Origin: an uncultured Gemmatimonadaceae bacterium
GTDB taxonomy: Bacteria > Gemmatimonadota > Gemmatimonadetes > Gemmatimonadales > Gemmatimonadaceae
NCBI GenBank assembly: GCA_963790305.1
Contig: CAWBOC010000010.1
Span: 64,001-128,000, forward strand
Length of the DNA stretch: 64,000 nucleotides
Direction of reading: 5' to 3'
Positions 23,082-34,053 of the stretch are shown here, one piece after another. Each line of letters opens with the position of its first letter. Within the stretch, counting starts at the first letter, position 1. Position numbers and translations under genes: made by a program. The notes beneath the pieces are model-generated. The model saw only the letters and a program-made list of their open reading frames with translations. It did not search any database and was not told the origin of the DNA.

Positions 23082-24225
23082 GCGGAGCTTCCCTCCACGA
23101 CGGCACGCACCCGGTCGTTCACGACATGTTGCCCTCGCGCGTGATGCACGCCTCGCGAATGATCTCGTCGTCGAAGTTGAGCGTCAGCGCCCCATCCTTG
23201 ATGAGCAGCTGAAGCAACGCGGCATGATTGCGCGACAGCATTTGGCTGGCGTGCACCGGCATCGACGACACGAGATCGAGAGGCGCATGGATCGTGACGC
23301 CATGCTCGACGACGGTCTCTCCGGGCCGCGACAGCTCGCAGTTTCCGCCCTGCTCGCCGGCGAGATCGACGATCACCGACCCGGGACGCATCGCGCGCAC
23401 CGTCTCGGCCGTGATGAGCACCGGCGCGCGTTTTCCCGGAATGAGCGCGGTCGTGATGACGACGTCCGCCTCACGAGCCCGGCTCGCCACCAGCTCGAGC
23501 TCACGGCGGTGCGCGTCTTCCGAGAGCTCTTTCGCGTACCCGCCCTTGTCCTCGGTTTCCGCGACGCCGAGCGCCGCCTCGACGAACGTGGCGCCAAGGC
23601 TCTGCACCTGCTCCTTCACCACGGGTCGGGTGTCGAAGGCCTCCACGACCGCGCCCAGTCGGCGGGCGGTGGCGATGGCCTGCAGACCCGCGACGCCGGC
23701 GCCGATGACGAACACGCGAGCCGGGGTCAGCGTCCCGGCCGCGGTCATCAGGAGCGGGAAGAATTTCGGCAGCGATCGGGCCGCGGTCAGCGCCGCCGCG
23801 TACCCCGCGATCGATGCCATCGACGAGAGCACGTCGAGCGACTGCGCACGCGCGATGCGCGGGATCGCGTCGGTGCTGAACGATGTCACGCGGCGCTCGC
23901 GCGAGACTGCGAACGACGTCGGGATTCGACAAGCGGCTGCAGGGGCGCGACGAGCACCGTGTTCCTCGCGCAGCAGCCCGAGGACGTCCGGTCCGGGACG
24001 TCGCGCGTGAAGCACCAGGTCACTCTTGGCGTACAGCTCGCGCGCGTCGCCGGCGATTGTGGCGCCGGCCTTCGTATAGGCGTCATCGGCGTGGAACGCG
24101 CGATCGCCCGCGCCGCGCTCGATCATGACGCCGACCCCGGACCGCACCAGCTTCTCGGCGGTCTCCGGGATCAGCGCCACGCGTCGTTCGCCAGGAGCGG
24201 TCTCGCGAGGAACGCCGACAATCAT
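23078..24225 (-). CDS. pntAA: NAD(P) transhydrogenase alpha subunit part 1 (compensating shifts at about 23900-23970 and a shift near 23125)
   Basis: GVPRETAPGERRVAL, RAQSLDVLSSM, GAGVAGLQA, DVVITTALIPG, DLAGEQGGNC. Corrected C-terminus VNDRVRAVVEGSSA* overlaps the pntAB GTG. Confidence 0.93.
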
Positions 24226-24259
24226 GCGGGGAGAGTACCGTCGCGAGAGAGAGTGTCAA
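24226..24259 (-). promoter_or_regulatory. Sigma70-type leaderless promoter of the pnt operon
   Basis: TTGACA(24259-54)-N16-TACTCT(24237-32)-N6-ATG; no Shine-Dalgarno. Confidence 0.75.
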
Positions 24260-24332
24260 GTGTGCGAGTCGGGCCGTGCAGCGCGTAGTTTCCCTGCTCA
24301 CCGTAGCCCGAGCGCCCGTCGCCTTCCGATTG

Positions 24333-24361
24333 TTGACGCTCCCCGTACCCAGCCGTATGCT
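24333..24361 (+). promoter_or_regulatory. Sigma70-type promoter
   Basis: TTGACG-N17-TATGCT upstream of GTG 24388. Confidence 0.65.
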
Positions 24362-24387
24362 GCCCCACCTTCACGCGGAGAACCGGA

Positions 24388-25290
24388 GTGCATTCCCTCG
24401 TCTGTCGCAGAGCGCTCGCGATCGGCTCGATGGTGCGTCGTTCAGGTCGCAACGGCGTGGGCGCAGGAGCGCGTGCGTGAGCGGCACGACTTCGACGACC
24501 CCGAAGGCCGGTTGATCGGCTACTACTCGGCGGCGTTGTTCTACTCTCCCCTCGGTGCGCCGGAGCGCGCGAAGACGTGGGCACTCGATGCCGGGCCTCG
24601 AGATCACCTACATCCCGCAGCTTTCCAAGTCGCAGCGCACGGCGTTCCAGGACAAGCCGGAAGCGACGAATCTGGCGCCGATCCTCCCCCGGCCCGCGTG
24701 TCGCGTTCGTGCTCCCGGGCGCACTGCACGCGCAGCTGAGCTGGGTGCCGCCAATGCGCGTGTTCGATGTCGAGGCAAATCTCATGTCCATTGCGGTGAC
24801 GCGCGCGTTCGAGCCGGGCGGCATCACCATCGCGCCGAGGTTCGTCGCCACCTGGGGGAAGGTGCGCGGATCGATCACCTGCTTCGAGGACCTGATCCGC
24901 GGCACCGAGAATGAAGCGGTGTATTACACGCAGATCTGCAACAGCCGCAAGAGCGACGACCACTTCAAGCCGCAGCACTTCGCGCTCGAGGTCCTCGCCT
25001 CGCGCGCGGTCGCTGCGACTTCCATTTCTCCCGTACGGCGGGGATCGGCGTGCTGCGCGAAAAGACGATCTTCGACATTGGGGTTCTGCGCAACGGATGG
25101 CTCGCGCGATCCCGATCACCCGATCCTCGAGCTGCGCGCGACCCGGCCGTACGGGTTCGTCGGCGGCACGGTGAACGCGTGGCGATCCACGCGGTTCACC
25201 GGCGAGCTCTTCTACGCGCCGGGCAGTCTGTTCACCGCTCGCGTGTTCGCGGGGATTCACCTTCACCGGGAGACGGGCGATGCGCGCTGA
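24388..25290 (+). CDS. Exported protein, probable outer-membrane beta-barrel (several frameshifts)
   Basis: Joined across frames: MHSLVCRRALAIGSM..VATAWAQ, DDPEGRLIGYYSAAL, LEITYIPQLS, NLAPILPRP, SWVPPMRVF, GELFYAPGSLFTARVFAG. Confidence 0.55.
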
Positions 25291-25767
25291 GCCTCGCAGG
25301 ACGACGCCGGCGCACGCGCTGATGCGAGTGGTGACAGCCGGGGTCGGTAACGGCGATCACCCTCGCGTGGGGGTGCGCGGACTTCGAGTCGACCGTCGAT
25401 CCAACGGGAGGGTTGCCCAACGTGGAGATCGCGAACCCGTCGTTTGCCACCGACATCCAGCCGATCTTCACCAGGCGCTGCGCGATCGGTGGCTGCCATA
25501 GCCTCAACTCGGCCCGTGCGGAGATGGTGCTGGTCGCCGGCCACGCCTACGACTCGATCGTGAACAAGCCCTCGTTCCTCAACCCTGCGCTGGACCGGGT
25601 CGAGCCTGGCGATGCGGCGAACTCCTGGCTGGTGCGCATGATCGAAGACGATGAGAATCGCGCGCCTGCAGTACTTCGCGCGGATGCCGCTCGGCGGTCA
25701 GCCGTTGACGCCCAACCAGATCGCGACGATCGTGAACTGGGTGGAGAATGGTGCGTTGCGGAATTGA
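25280..25767 (+). CDS. Lipoprotein with atypical CxxxxCH c-type heme motif (frameshifted)
   Basis: LAWGC lipobox, PSFATDIQPIFTRRCAIGGCH, RVEPGDAANSWL, RMPLGGQPL...TIVNWVENGALRN*; resembles planctomycete-type cytochrome c domains. Confidence 0.6.
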
Positions 25768-25828
25768 GTTCGGCGTATCCGTGGCAAACGTCCGTTGATA
25801 TTGAAGGTTTCTGCGGCCATTTCCGGCC

Positions 25829-26338
25829 ATGCGCGGTTCCGCCGTTCAGCGCTCGCGTTGACGCTGGCGGCGGCGCTCCTCGCATGTGGCGAAGAGCGGT
25901 CGGCAGACACGACGGCGCAAGCGAGCTCGGCGGCCGGAGATTCAGCGGAAGCGCAGACGCCTCTGGCGGCTGCGCGAGGACGAGCCCAAACAATGGACGC
26001 AGCGTGAAGTCGCGAGGCGACTCACCGATGGCGGGCTCGTGGTCACCGATTCCGGTCGCGCGAGCGTGCGGCATTCCTTCCTCGCCGTGGAAGGCCACCA
26101 CATGAAGGTCAGTGGCTCCGACCTTCACGTCTTCATTTATCCGGATCCCCGTACCCGAAAGGCTGACAGCGACCGAATCGATCCCGAGCGCGTCGCGCCG
26201 CCCGACATGATCATCGACTGGGTGGCGACCCCGCATCTCATCGCGTCGGGTAATCTGCTGGCGATTCACCTCACGCCCAACGAGCGGATGGCGGAGCGCG
26301 TGCGACTCATTCTCGAGGCCTGGCACGCCGAGCCCTAA
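25829..26338 (+). CDS. Hypothetical lipoprotein (frameshifted)
   Basis: LAAALLAC lipobox in one frame; globular domain WTQREVARRL...PHLIASGNLLAI in ORF 25886-26338. Confidence 0.55.
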
Positions 26339-26360
26339 CGGGATGTCTCTCCTGGATGCA

Positions 26361-26390
26361 CAACGGGCCAGGCTTTCGCCTGGCCCGTTG
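26361..26390. terminator. GC hairpin between convergent genes
   Basis: caacgggccaggc-tttc-gcctggcccgttg, perfect 13-bp stem. Confidence 0.75.
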
Positions 26391-26419
26391 CCATAGTGGT
26401 CGAACTTCGACGCACTACA

Positions 26420-26788
26420 TTAGGTGCAGATAATCACACCATCGGTGGCCGAACCGTCGCCAACCGTCACCGCGCACGTACGCGGGGTCTGGTTGTGCGA
26501 AGCGTTCGCCGAGTAACCAGCGGCCGGCGGAGGAGCCGGGGTCGCCGTAACCGTCACACCCTGCGACGACGTGAAGTTCACCGCCGCGGCCGAACCGAAC
26601 GCCTGGAAGTCAGCAAAGTAGCCTTCCTCGGCAGTCATCAGGTTGCGGAGGTCGCTCTTCATCGCCGCAACGTACGCCTTCTCCTTCGTGTTCGCGAACT
26701 TGGGGATCGCGATCGCCGCGAGAATGCCGATGATAACGACTACGATCAGCAGCTCGATCAGCGTGAAGCCCTTCCGATTGCTACGCAT
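26420..26788 (-). CDS. pilA: Type IVa major pilin
   Basis: RKG|FTLIELLIVVVIIGILAAIAIP; C-terminal Cys pair; GGAGG RBS. Confidence 0.9.
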   Translation of the reverse strand: MRSNRKGFTLIELLIVVVIIGILAAIAIPKFANTKEKAYVAAMKSDLRNLMTAEEGYFADFQAFGSAAAVNFTSSQGVTVTATPAPPPAAGYSANASHNQTPRTCAVTVGDGSATDGVIICT

Positions 26789-26850
26789 TGTGTCCTTCCT
26801 CCGGTACGAGTCGGCGCGAGCATATGTGCACCGCGCTCGGCCGCTGATAA

Positions 26851-26866
26851 AGCAGGGGCGGTGCCA
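26851..26866 (-). promoter_or_regulatory. Sigma54 (-24/-12) promoter of the pilin gene
   Basis: Minus strand TGGCACCGCCCCTGCT = GG-N10-GC; upstream palindrome GCTAAG-N17-CTTAGC (26881-26909) may be an IHF-like site. Confidence 0.8.
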
Positions 26867-27045
26867 TGTGAGACCCCTGCGCTAAGCACTGGATGGACGA
26901 ACACTTAGCATTCTGAGTCACAGCTAATGGCATCGAATCGCATTGCGTTTCGCCAAAGCGATGCGAAATGCAAGGGGACCTGGCGCCGGTCACGATGCCC
27001 GCCTCGTCTTTACATTGCGAGGAACTTGCCCCCTTTTACGTAGCA

Positions 27046-28621
27046 ATGCCCGCTCCTGACAGCCGCCGATTCTCCGCGTCGTCTCCACCGTTCGATCCCG
27101 AAGGCGCGCTGGACGCGCTCGACGAGCCTCTCTGTGTCGTGTCGACCGCGTGGCGATTGGTGTACATGAACCGAGCGTTCGCCGAGCTCGCGATTCAGGG
27201 GGGCGAAGTCGCCCTGTCGAAAGATCTTCGGGAGATCTTCACCGCGCTCAGCACACGCGATGACTGTGATCTCGCGACCCTCGACAGCGACGCGAAGCGC
27301 CAGTGGCGCATTCCCGCGTTTGGCAGGCCTCCGCGCGCACTCGATCTCAGGGCCACGCGCTTGCGCGACGACGCCGTTCTGCTGCACGTGCGCGACCTGG
27401 GCGACGCTGACGCGATCGAGCGCGCGCTCGCCGAACGGGATGAGGAGAACGCCGCGATGCGCGCAGGTCACTATCGCGCTCGCGCGCGAGGCCGACCTCG
27501 ACTCCCTGCTGCGCGTGATCTGCGAGCAGGCATCGGCGCAGTGCGACGCGAGTGGGGCGACCGTCGTGCGATTGGTCGGAGATCGTGGCGACATCGTGAG
27601 CGCGAGCGGATCGCTCGAGGCCATGGTTGGTACCTTGTTCTCGCTCGCGGGCTCACTCACGCAGCGTGCGATCGACGAGCGACGCCCCGTTCGTGCCGAC
27701 GATTATCGCAGCGAGCATCCCCGGTTTCGCCAGGTCGCCGAGGAGTTCGAGATCGGTCCGGCGCTCTTCGCGCCACTCCTCGCGCATGACCACATGCTCG
27801 GGGCGATGACCGTCGCGCGTCGTCGCGGCGCCGCAGCCTTCTCGACGCGCGACGAGCGCCGCATCTCCGCGATCGCCGATTACGCGGCGCTGGCCTTGTG
27901 GAAGGCGCACCTCACCGACGAGGCGCGCGTGGCGAACAAGGTGAAGGGGGAATTCATCGCCACCATGTCGCACGAGCTGCGGACGCCGCTCACCGCCCTG
28001 CTCGGCTATGAGGAGCTGTTCGCCGAGCATATCCTCGGCCCGCTCACCGATCAGCAGGAAGTCGCCGTCGATCGAATGCGCACGAGCACGCAGCACCTAC
28101 AGGCCATCATCGATGAGGTGCTGACCTTCTCGCGGCTCGAGGCCGGCGAGGAGCGTGTGCACCGTCGTCAGGTGCCCGTTGGCGACATCCTCAATGGCAC
28201 CATGGCGGTCCTCGCGCCACTCGCGCACGCGAAGCGCATCGCGTTGTCGATGGACGCCGCCGAGGAGCCGCAGGTCATCCGCACCGACCCGGACATGATC
28301 CGGCGCATCCTGGTCAACCTGGGTGGCAATGCGGTGAAGTTCACCGAGCAGGGGTCGGTGCGTGTGAACGTGAGGCTCGAGGGTGAGTGGCTCGTGTTCG
28401 AGGTCTCCGACACGGGCATCGGCATCGCGACCGCGGATATCACACGTCTCTTTCAACCCTTCACGCAGCTGGATACCGGCTTCACGCGCCGCTTCGGAGG
28501 GACGGGGCTGGGGCTCTTCGTCTCCCGTCGTCTCGCGGAGCTGCTCGGGGGAGATATCGGCGTGGCGAGCGTCCCGGGTACCGGCAGCACGTTTACGCTG
28601 CGGGTACCCCTGGAGGAGTAG
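27046..28621 (+). CDS. PAS-GAF-HisKA-HATPase sensor kinase (frameshift near 27465)
   Basis: PAS (WRLVYMNRAF) in ORF 26968; [30 protein letters not shown] in ORF 27260. Confidence 0.85.
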
Positions 28622-28623
28622 CG

Positions 28624-28676
28624 CTGCGGGCTGCGAACTGCGAAGTCTCCCCGCCGTGTTCGCAGCTCGCAGTAGC
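28624..28676. repeat. Inverted pair of 7-mer repeats (CTGCGAR family)
   Basis: ctgcggg ctgcgaa ctgcgaa ... ttcgcag ctcgcag; starts 2 nt after the kinase stop. Confidence 0.75.
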
Positions 28677-28712
28677 TTCCGACCCTCTTTCCCCGCGCGT
28701 TAGATTACCCGC

Positions 28713-31483
28713 ATGTCCCCCATCACGGGCGCGTTCAACGACGCCTTCATCGCGGAGATGTACGAGCGCTTTCGGCAGAATCCCGAAAGCGTCAATGCGT
28801 CGTGGCGGCAGTTCTTCGGGTTTGCGCAGTCGCTTGCGGGAACTGCGCCAGGCGCGACCGATGAGTCGCTGCTGCGCAAGGTCGCCGCGGCTGCCGCACT
28901 CGTCGAAGACATCCGTCACTACGGACACCTCGCCGTCCGGCTCGATCCGCTCGGTACGCCGCCCGCGGGTGCACAGGAGCTGACGCCGGAGTATCCACGG
29001 CCTTACCGCAAGCGATCTCGATCGCATCCCCGGGTCCGCGCTCGGCTTCAGCGACGCGACGGCCGCGGACGTCGTGAAGCGCTTGCGCAGCATCTACGCC
29101 TCGACCATTGGCTTCGACCTCGAGCACATCGAGGAAGAGGCGGAGCGCGACTGGTTTCGCAAAGTCCTCGAAGGAGGCGATGCACGCCTCACCCTGACAC
29201 CCGACGAGAAGAAGATCGTCCTCGGTCGGCTCACCGAGGTGGATTCACTCGAGCGGTTCCTCGCGCGCGCGTACGTCGGCAAGAAGCGCTTTTCCATTGA
29301 AGGCACCGACGCGCTCGTGCCCATGCTGGACGCGGCCATCGAGCGCGCCGCGGTCTCGGGCGCTCGTCACGCGGTCATTGGGATGGCGCACCGGGGGCGG
29401 CTCAACGTGCTCGCGCACATCCTGAACAAGCCGTACGCCAGGATCTTCGAGGAGTTCGAGGAGAAGCACGCCAAGTCGGACGCGGTCGATACCGGAGATG
29501 TGAAGTACCATCTCGGGGCCTCGACGACGCGGACTCTCCCGAGCGGCAAAGTCGTCGAGCTCGAGCTCGTGCCGAACCCGAGCCATCTCGAGTTCGTGAA
29601 TCCCGTCCTGGAGGGCGTCGCGCGAGCGCTTCAGCGGACGAACGGCGCGCGCGACGAATCGAGTGTGCTTCCGGTCGTCGTGCACGGGGACGCCGCCTTT
29701 CCGGCCGAAGGCGTGGTTGCCGAGACGCTCAATCTCTCGCGCTTGCGCGGATACCGTGTCGGCGGCACGCTGCACATCATCGTCAACAATCAGGTCGGCT
29801 TCACGACCGATCCGCAGGACGCGCGTTCGACCTACTACTCGAGCGATCTCGCGAAGGGCTTCGAGATTCCGATTTTCCACGTCAATGCGGACGACGCCGA
29901 AGCCTGTGTCGCCGCCGTGTGGCTGGCCATCTCGTACCGCAGCCGGTTCGCAAAGGACGTCCTGATCGATCTGGTTGGATACCGGCGTCACGGGCACAAC
30001 GAGGGTGACGAGCCGGCGTACACGCAGCCGAAGCTCTACGACCGTATCAAGGCCCACGCGACTCCTCGGGAAGTCTGGGCGCAGCGTCTCATCGCGGAAG
30101 GAATCGTCACCGACGAAGAGTCGAAGCGCCTCGCCGACGAGATGATGCGCAAGCTCGACTCGATCCACACCGGGCTCAAGAGCGGCGGTCCCCAGGCGCC
30201 TGCGCAGGAGTCGGAGAAAACGGGCCGGGCTTCCAGGCCCAGGCAGCTCAGCACCTCCGTGAAGGCGGAGACCCTCATCGCCGTGAACGAGCGCCTGCTT
30301 GCGTGGCCATCCGACTTCGTGCCGAACCCGAAGCTGGTCAAGCCGCTCGAGCGTCGCCGCGCCGCCATTGGCGATGAGGGCGGTATCGACTGGGGCCACG
30401 CCGAGGCGCTGGCCTTCGGGTCGCTGCTGCTCGAGGGAACCAGCGTCCGCCTAACGGGGCAGGACACGGCGCGCGGCACCTTCTCGCATCGGCACGCCGT
30501 CCTGCACGACGTCAAGACCGGCGCCGAGTTTATCCCGTTGCAGCATCTCCCGTCGGCGAAAGGCGCGTTCGAGATCTACAACTCGCCTCTCTCGGAGACC
30601 GCCGTTCTCGCGTTCGAGTACGGCTACTCCACCGCCGCGCCCGAATGCGCTCGTGCTGTGGGAAGCGCAGTTCGGCGACTTCGCGAACGTGGCCCAGCCG
30701 ATCATCGATCAGTTCATGGCCGCCGATCGCGCCAAGTGGGGACAGGACTCGAGCGTCGTGATGCTCCTGCCGCACGGGTACGAGGGGCAAGGGCCCGAGC
30801 ACTCGAGCGCCCGCCTCGAGCGCTTTCTCCAGCTGGCGGCCGAAGGAAACCTGCGCGTCGCATATCCGACGACGCCGGGGCAATACTTCCACATCCTGCG
30901 GCGGCAGGCGCAAGTCGAGCCGGGGCGCCCGTTGATTCTCATGCAGCCGAAGAGTCTGCTTCGCCTGCCCGAGGCGGCATCGCGCCTCACTGATCTTGCG
31001 ACCGGGTCGTTCCAGCCGGTGCTCGATGACCCAGCCCGCTCCCCCGTCCCGCGAGAGGTGAAGCGCCTCGTGCTGTGCTCGGGGAAGCTCTACTACGATC
31101 TCGCCGCGGCACGCGCGAACGGCAGCGCGGCGAAGCATGCGGCGGTCGTCCGCGTCGAAGAGCTGTATCCGTGGCCGCACGAAGAGATCGCGCGCATCAT
31201 CGATCGCTACGGCGGAATCGAGGAAGTGGTGTGGGCGCAGGAGGAGCCGAGGAACATGGGCGCCTGGTCGTTCGTGTGGCCGCGTCTCCGCGCGTCGACC
31301 GGAAACGCCATCCCGATTCGGTACATCGGGCGCCCGGAGCGGGCGAGCCCGGCCGAGGGATATCACACTGCCCATGCGGAGCAGCAGGCTCGGATCGTGA
31401 CCGAGGTCCTCGCGCCGTCGAGCGGCGGACGCGAAGCGAGTACTGGCTCGACACGAGCAAAGAAGGAAGCCGGCCGCGGGTGA
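28713..31483 (+). CDS. sucA: 2-oxoglutarate dehydrogenase E1 (two +1 frameshifts near 28995 and 30646)
   Basis: KRFSIEG, GMAHRGRLN, GDVKYHLG, NPSHLE, HGDAAF, GHNEGDEP, LWEAQFGDF, LLPHGYEGQGPEHSSAR; preceded by TAGATT-N6-ATG. Confidence 0.95.
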
Positions 31484-34053
31484 GACACGCGCGACGCCTC
31501 GGAGCCACGCTCTTCCTGCTCTGGTCGTCAGCGGCTCTCGCCCAGGAGCGCGGCTCCGCTGCGCTTGGCGAGCTGGTGGACGGTCTGGGTGTGAGCGCGC
31601 GCGTCCTGCTGATTGCCGCGCACCCCGACGATGAAGACACGGCGCTCCTCGCCTGGCTCGTCCATCGTCAGCACGCCGACGCCGCCTACCTCTCACTGAC
31701 ACGCGGCGATGGCGGACAGAACCTCATCGGCGACGAGCTCGGCGAGGCGTTAGGCGTCATCCGCACCGAGGAGCTGCTGGCCGCACGCCGCCTCGATGGC
31801 GCCACGCAGTATTTCACGCGCGCCTACGACTTCGGGTTCTCCAAGAGTGCGGACGAGACCTACACGCACTGGCCGAAGGACTCGGTGCTTCGCGACGTCG
31901 TGACGGTGATGCGGGCATACCGTCCGCACATCGTCGTCGCAATCTTCAGCGGGACACCGCGCGACGGGCATGGACACCACCAGGTGTCCGGCATCCTCGC
32001 TCGCGAAGCCTACGACGCGTCCGCGGACACGGTCCGCTTCCCGCGCAGCGTCACCGCCGGACATGGTGCGTGGGCTGCGTCCAAGCTCTACCTGGGGCCC
32101 TACCAGTCACGCGATCGCGCAACCGTACGCTTCAACGTCGGTGAATACGACCCCATCCTCGGCCGCTCGTATTACGAGATCGCGATGGAGTCCCGTTCCC
32201 AGCACAAGTCGCAGGCGTTCGGCCGGCTCCAGCGGCGCGGCACGCAGCTCGATTGGCTCATGCTCGAGAAGTCGAGCACGGCCACGACGGCGAACGGCGT
32301 CGCCGAGGCCTCGCCCTTCGATGGGCTCGACACGACGTGGGCGCGTCTACGCCCTGCGACCGCGCGTGCATCTCGCGAGGCCGCCGCCGCGCTGGACTCG
32401 TTGCCCGCGGCGACCGCGGCTGCTCGCGCGACGCTCGATTTTCGACGTCCCGCGGCCGTGGTCCCCGCGCTCGCGCGCGTGCACCGACTGCTCGTGCGCG
32501 TCCGCGAGGCACGCGTGGGCGACCCTGACGTCGACGCCTCGGTACGATCAGGACTGGCGCGCGTGACGCGCGCTCTCATCGAAGCCACTGGTGTCGCGCT
32601 CGAAGCGACCGCGGAGCGAGCATCGGTGGCGCGTGGAGACAGCGTGCGCGTCGACGTAACGCTGCATGCGCGTGGCAATGTCCCGGTCAGCGTTACCAGC
32701 GTACGCGTCGATGGGCCCGACGTGAGCGCCGCGGCCGTGCTTCGTGACGCTCACCAGACGGTCGCACCCGACAGCTCGGCCACCTGGCGCGGAACGGTGC
32801 GCGGGGTGCGCCTGACGCAGCCATGGTGGCTCGCTCATGGCCGCCGCGGCGACCTGTTCGATGTGCCCCGAACCGAAGTCGCTCACCCCGAAAGCGAGCG
32901 TCCAACCGCCGCGGTGGCGCGTGTCACGTTGGCCGTCGACGGCACGACGATCGAAGCGAGTGCGCCGGTGGTCCACCGCCGCGCTGATCCGGTTCGTGGC
33001 GACGTGCAGCGTCCGCTCGCGGTTGTTCCACCCGTCTCGGTCACGCTCGAGCGAGCGGTCGAGTTCGCGCGTGCCGGCGTGCCCCTCGAGCGCGTGGAGC
33101 GGGTGGAGCTGCGCTCAGCGCTGACCACGCCCACGGATGTCACGGTGACGCTCACGGTGCCAGGGGGCCTGACGAGCGATGGGGCGAAGCGGGTGACCCT
33201 CCCCGCCGGCGGAATACAAGCGGTGGAGCTGACCGTGCGAGGCACACCGCGCGCCACACGAGGTGAGATGACCGCCGTCGCCGAAGCACGCGGAGAGCGA
33301 TTCCGCGACGGATTCACCGAGATCGAATACGATCACATCACGCCGCAGCGGATGTTTCGGGAAGCGACGGTCGATCTGCAGGGTGTCGACGTGGCGCTGG
33401 CCTCGCGTCTGCGCGTTGCCTACATCCCCGGCGCCGGCGACAACGTCGCGCCGATGCTGCGCCAGCTCGGTGTGTCACTCACGGTGATAGAGCCGACCGC
33501 CGTTGGAACAACGGATTTTTCTCCGTATGCGACCGTCGTCGTGGGAACACGAGCCCACGAGTCGCACGCCGAGCTCATTCAGCATAACGGGCGACTGCTC
33601 GACTACGCGAGACGCGGTGGGACGCTGGTCGTGCAGTATGGGCAGTACGAGATGATGCAGCCCGGTATCATGCCGTACCCCATCACCATCAGCCGTCCGC
33701 ACACACGCGTTACCGTCGAGGAAGCGCCGGTGACCATCCTCGATCCCGAGCATCGCGCGCTCCGCACCCCGAATCGCATTGGCCCGCGCGATTTCGAGGG
33801 GTGGGTGCAGGAGCGCGCGCTCTACATGCCATCACAGTTCGACAGCGCCTACACGGCGCCACTCGCCATGAGTGATCCCGGCGAGCCGCCCTCGCGCGGG
33901 GCGCTGCTCGTCACGCCGTACGGTCGCGGACTCTACGTCTACACGACGATGGCATTCTTCCGGCAGCTGCCGGCGGGAGTTCCCGGGGCGGCCCGGCTCT
34001 TCATGAACCTTCTCAGCGCGAGAGCAGCTGAGCAGGCGCGCGTCATCCCATGA
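31480..34053 (+). CDS. Exported PIG-L/LmbE family deacetylase with accessory NEW3-like and GATase-like domains
   Basis: Signal peptide; AAHPDDED, LTRGDGGQNLIG, RTEELLAARR, HGHH, SQHKSQ; GTG start overlaps the sucA stop. Confidence 0.88.
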   Translation: MRHARRLGATLFLLWSSAALAQERGSAALGELVDGLGVSARVLLIAAHPDDEDTALLAWLVHRQHADAAYLSLTRGDGGQNLIGDELGEALGVIRTEELLAARRLDGATQYFTRAYDFGFSKSADETYTHWPKDSVLRDVVTVMRAYRPHIVVAIFSGTPRDGHGHHQVSGILAREAYDASADTVRFPRSVTAGHGAWAASKLYLGPYQSRDRATVRFNVGEYDPILGRSYYEIAMESRSQHKSQAFGRLQRRGTQLDWLMLEKSSTATTANGVAEASPFDGLDTTWARLRPATARASREAAAALDSLPAATAAARATLDFRRPAAVVPALARVHRLLVRVREARVGDPDVDASVRSGLARVTRALIEATGVALEATAERASVARGDSVRVDVTLHARGNVPVSVTSVRVDGPDVSAAAVLRDAHQTVAPDSSATWRGTVRGVRLTQPWWLAHGRRGDLFDVPRTEVAHPESERPTAAVARVTLAVDGTTIEASAPVVHRRADPVRGDVQRPLAVVPPVSVTLERAVEFARAGVPLERVERVELRSALTTPTDVTVTLTVPGGLTSDGAKRVTLPAGGIQAVELTVRGTPRATRGEMTAVAEARGERFRDGFTEIEYDHITPQRMFREATVDLQGVDVALASRLRVAYIPGAGDNVAPMLRQLGVSLTVIEPTAVGTTDFSPYATVVVGTRAHESHAELIQHNGRLLDYARRGGTLVVQYGQYEMMQPGIMPYPITISRPHTRVTVEEAPVTILDPEHRALRTPNRIGPRDFEGWVQERALYMPSQFDSAYTAPLAMSDPGEPPSRGALLVTPYGRGLYVYTTMAFFRQLPAGVPGAARLFMNLLSARAAEQARVIP

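Noticed and set aside
26420..26788. Electrically conductive (e-)pilin
   Set aside because: 9 F/Y in 115 mature residues (about 8%), no aromatic at position 27, no multiheme cytochromes nearby, and the e-pilin criteria are themselves contested.
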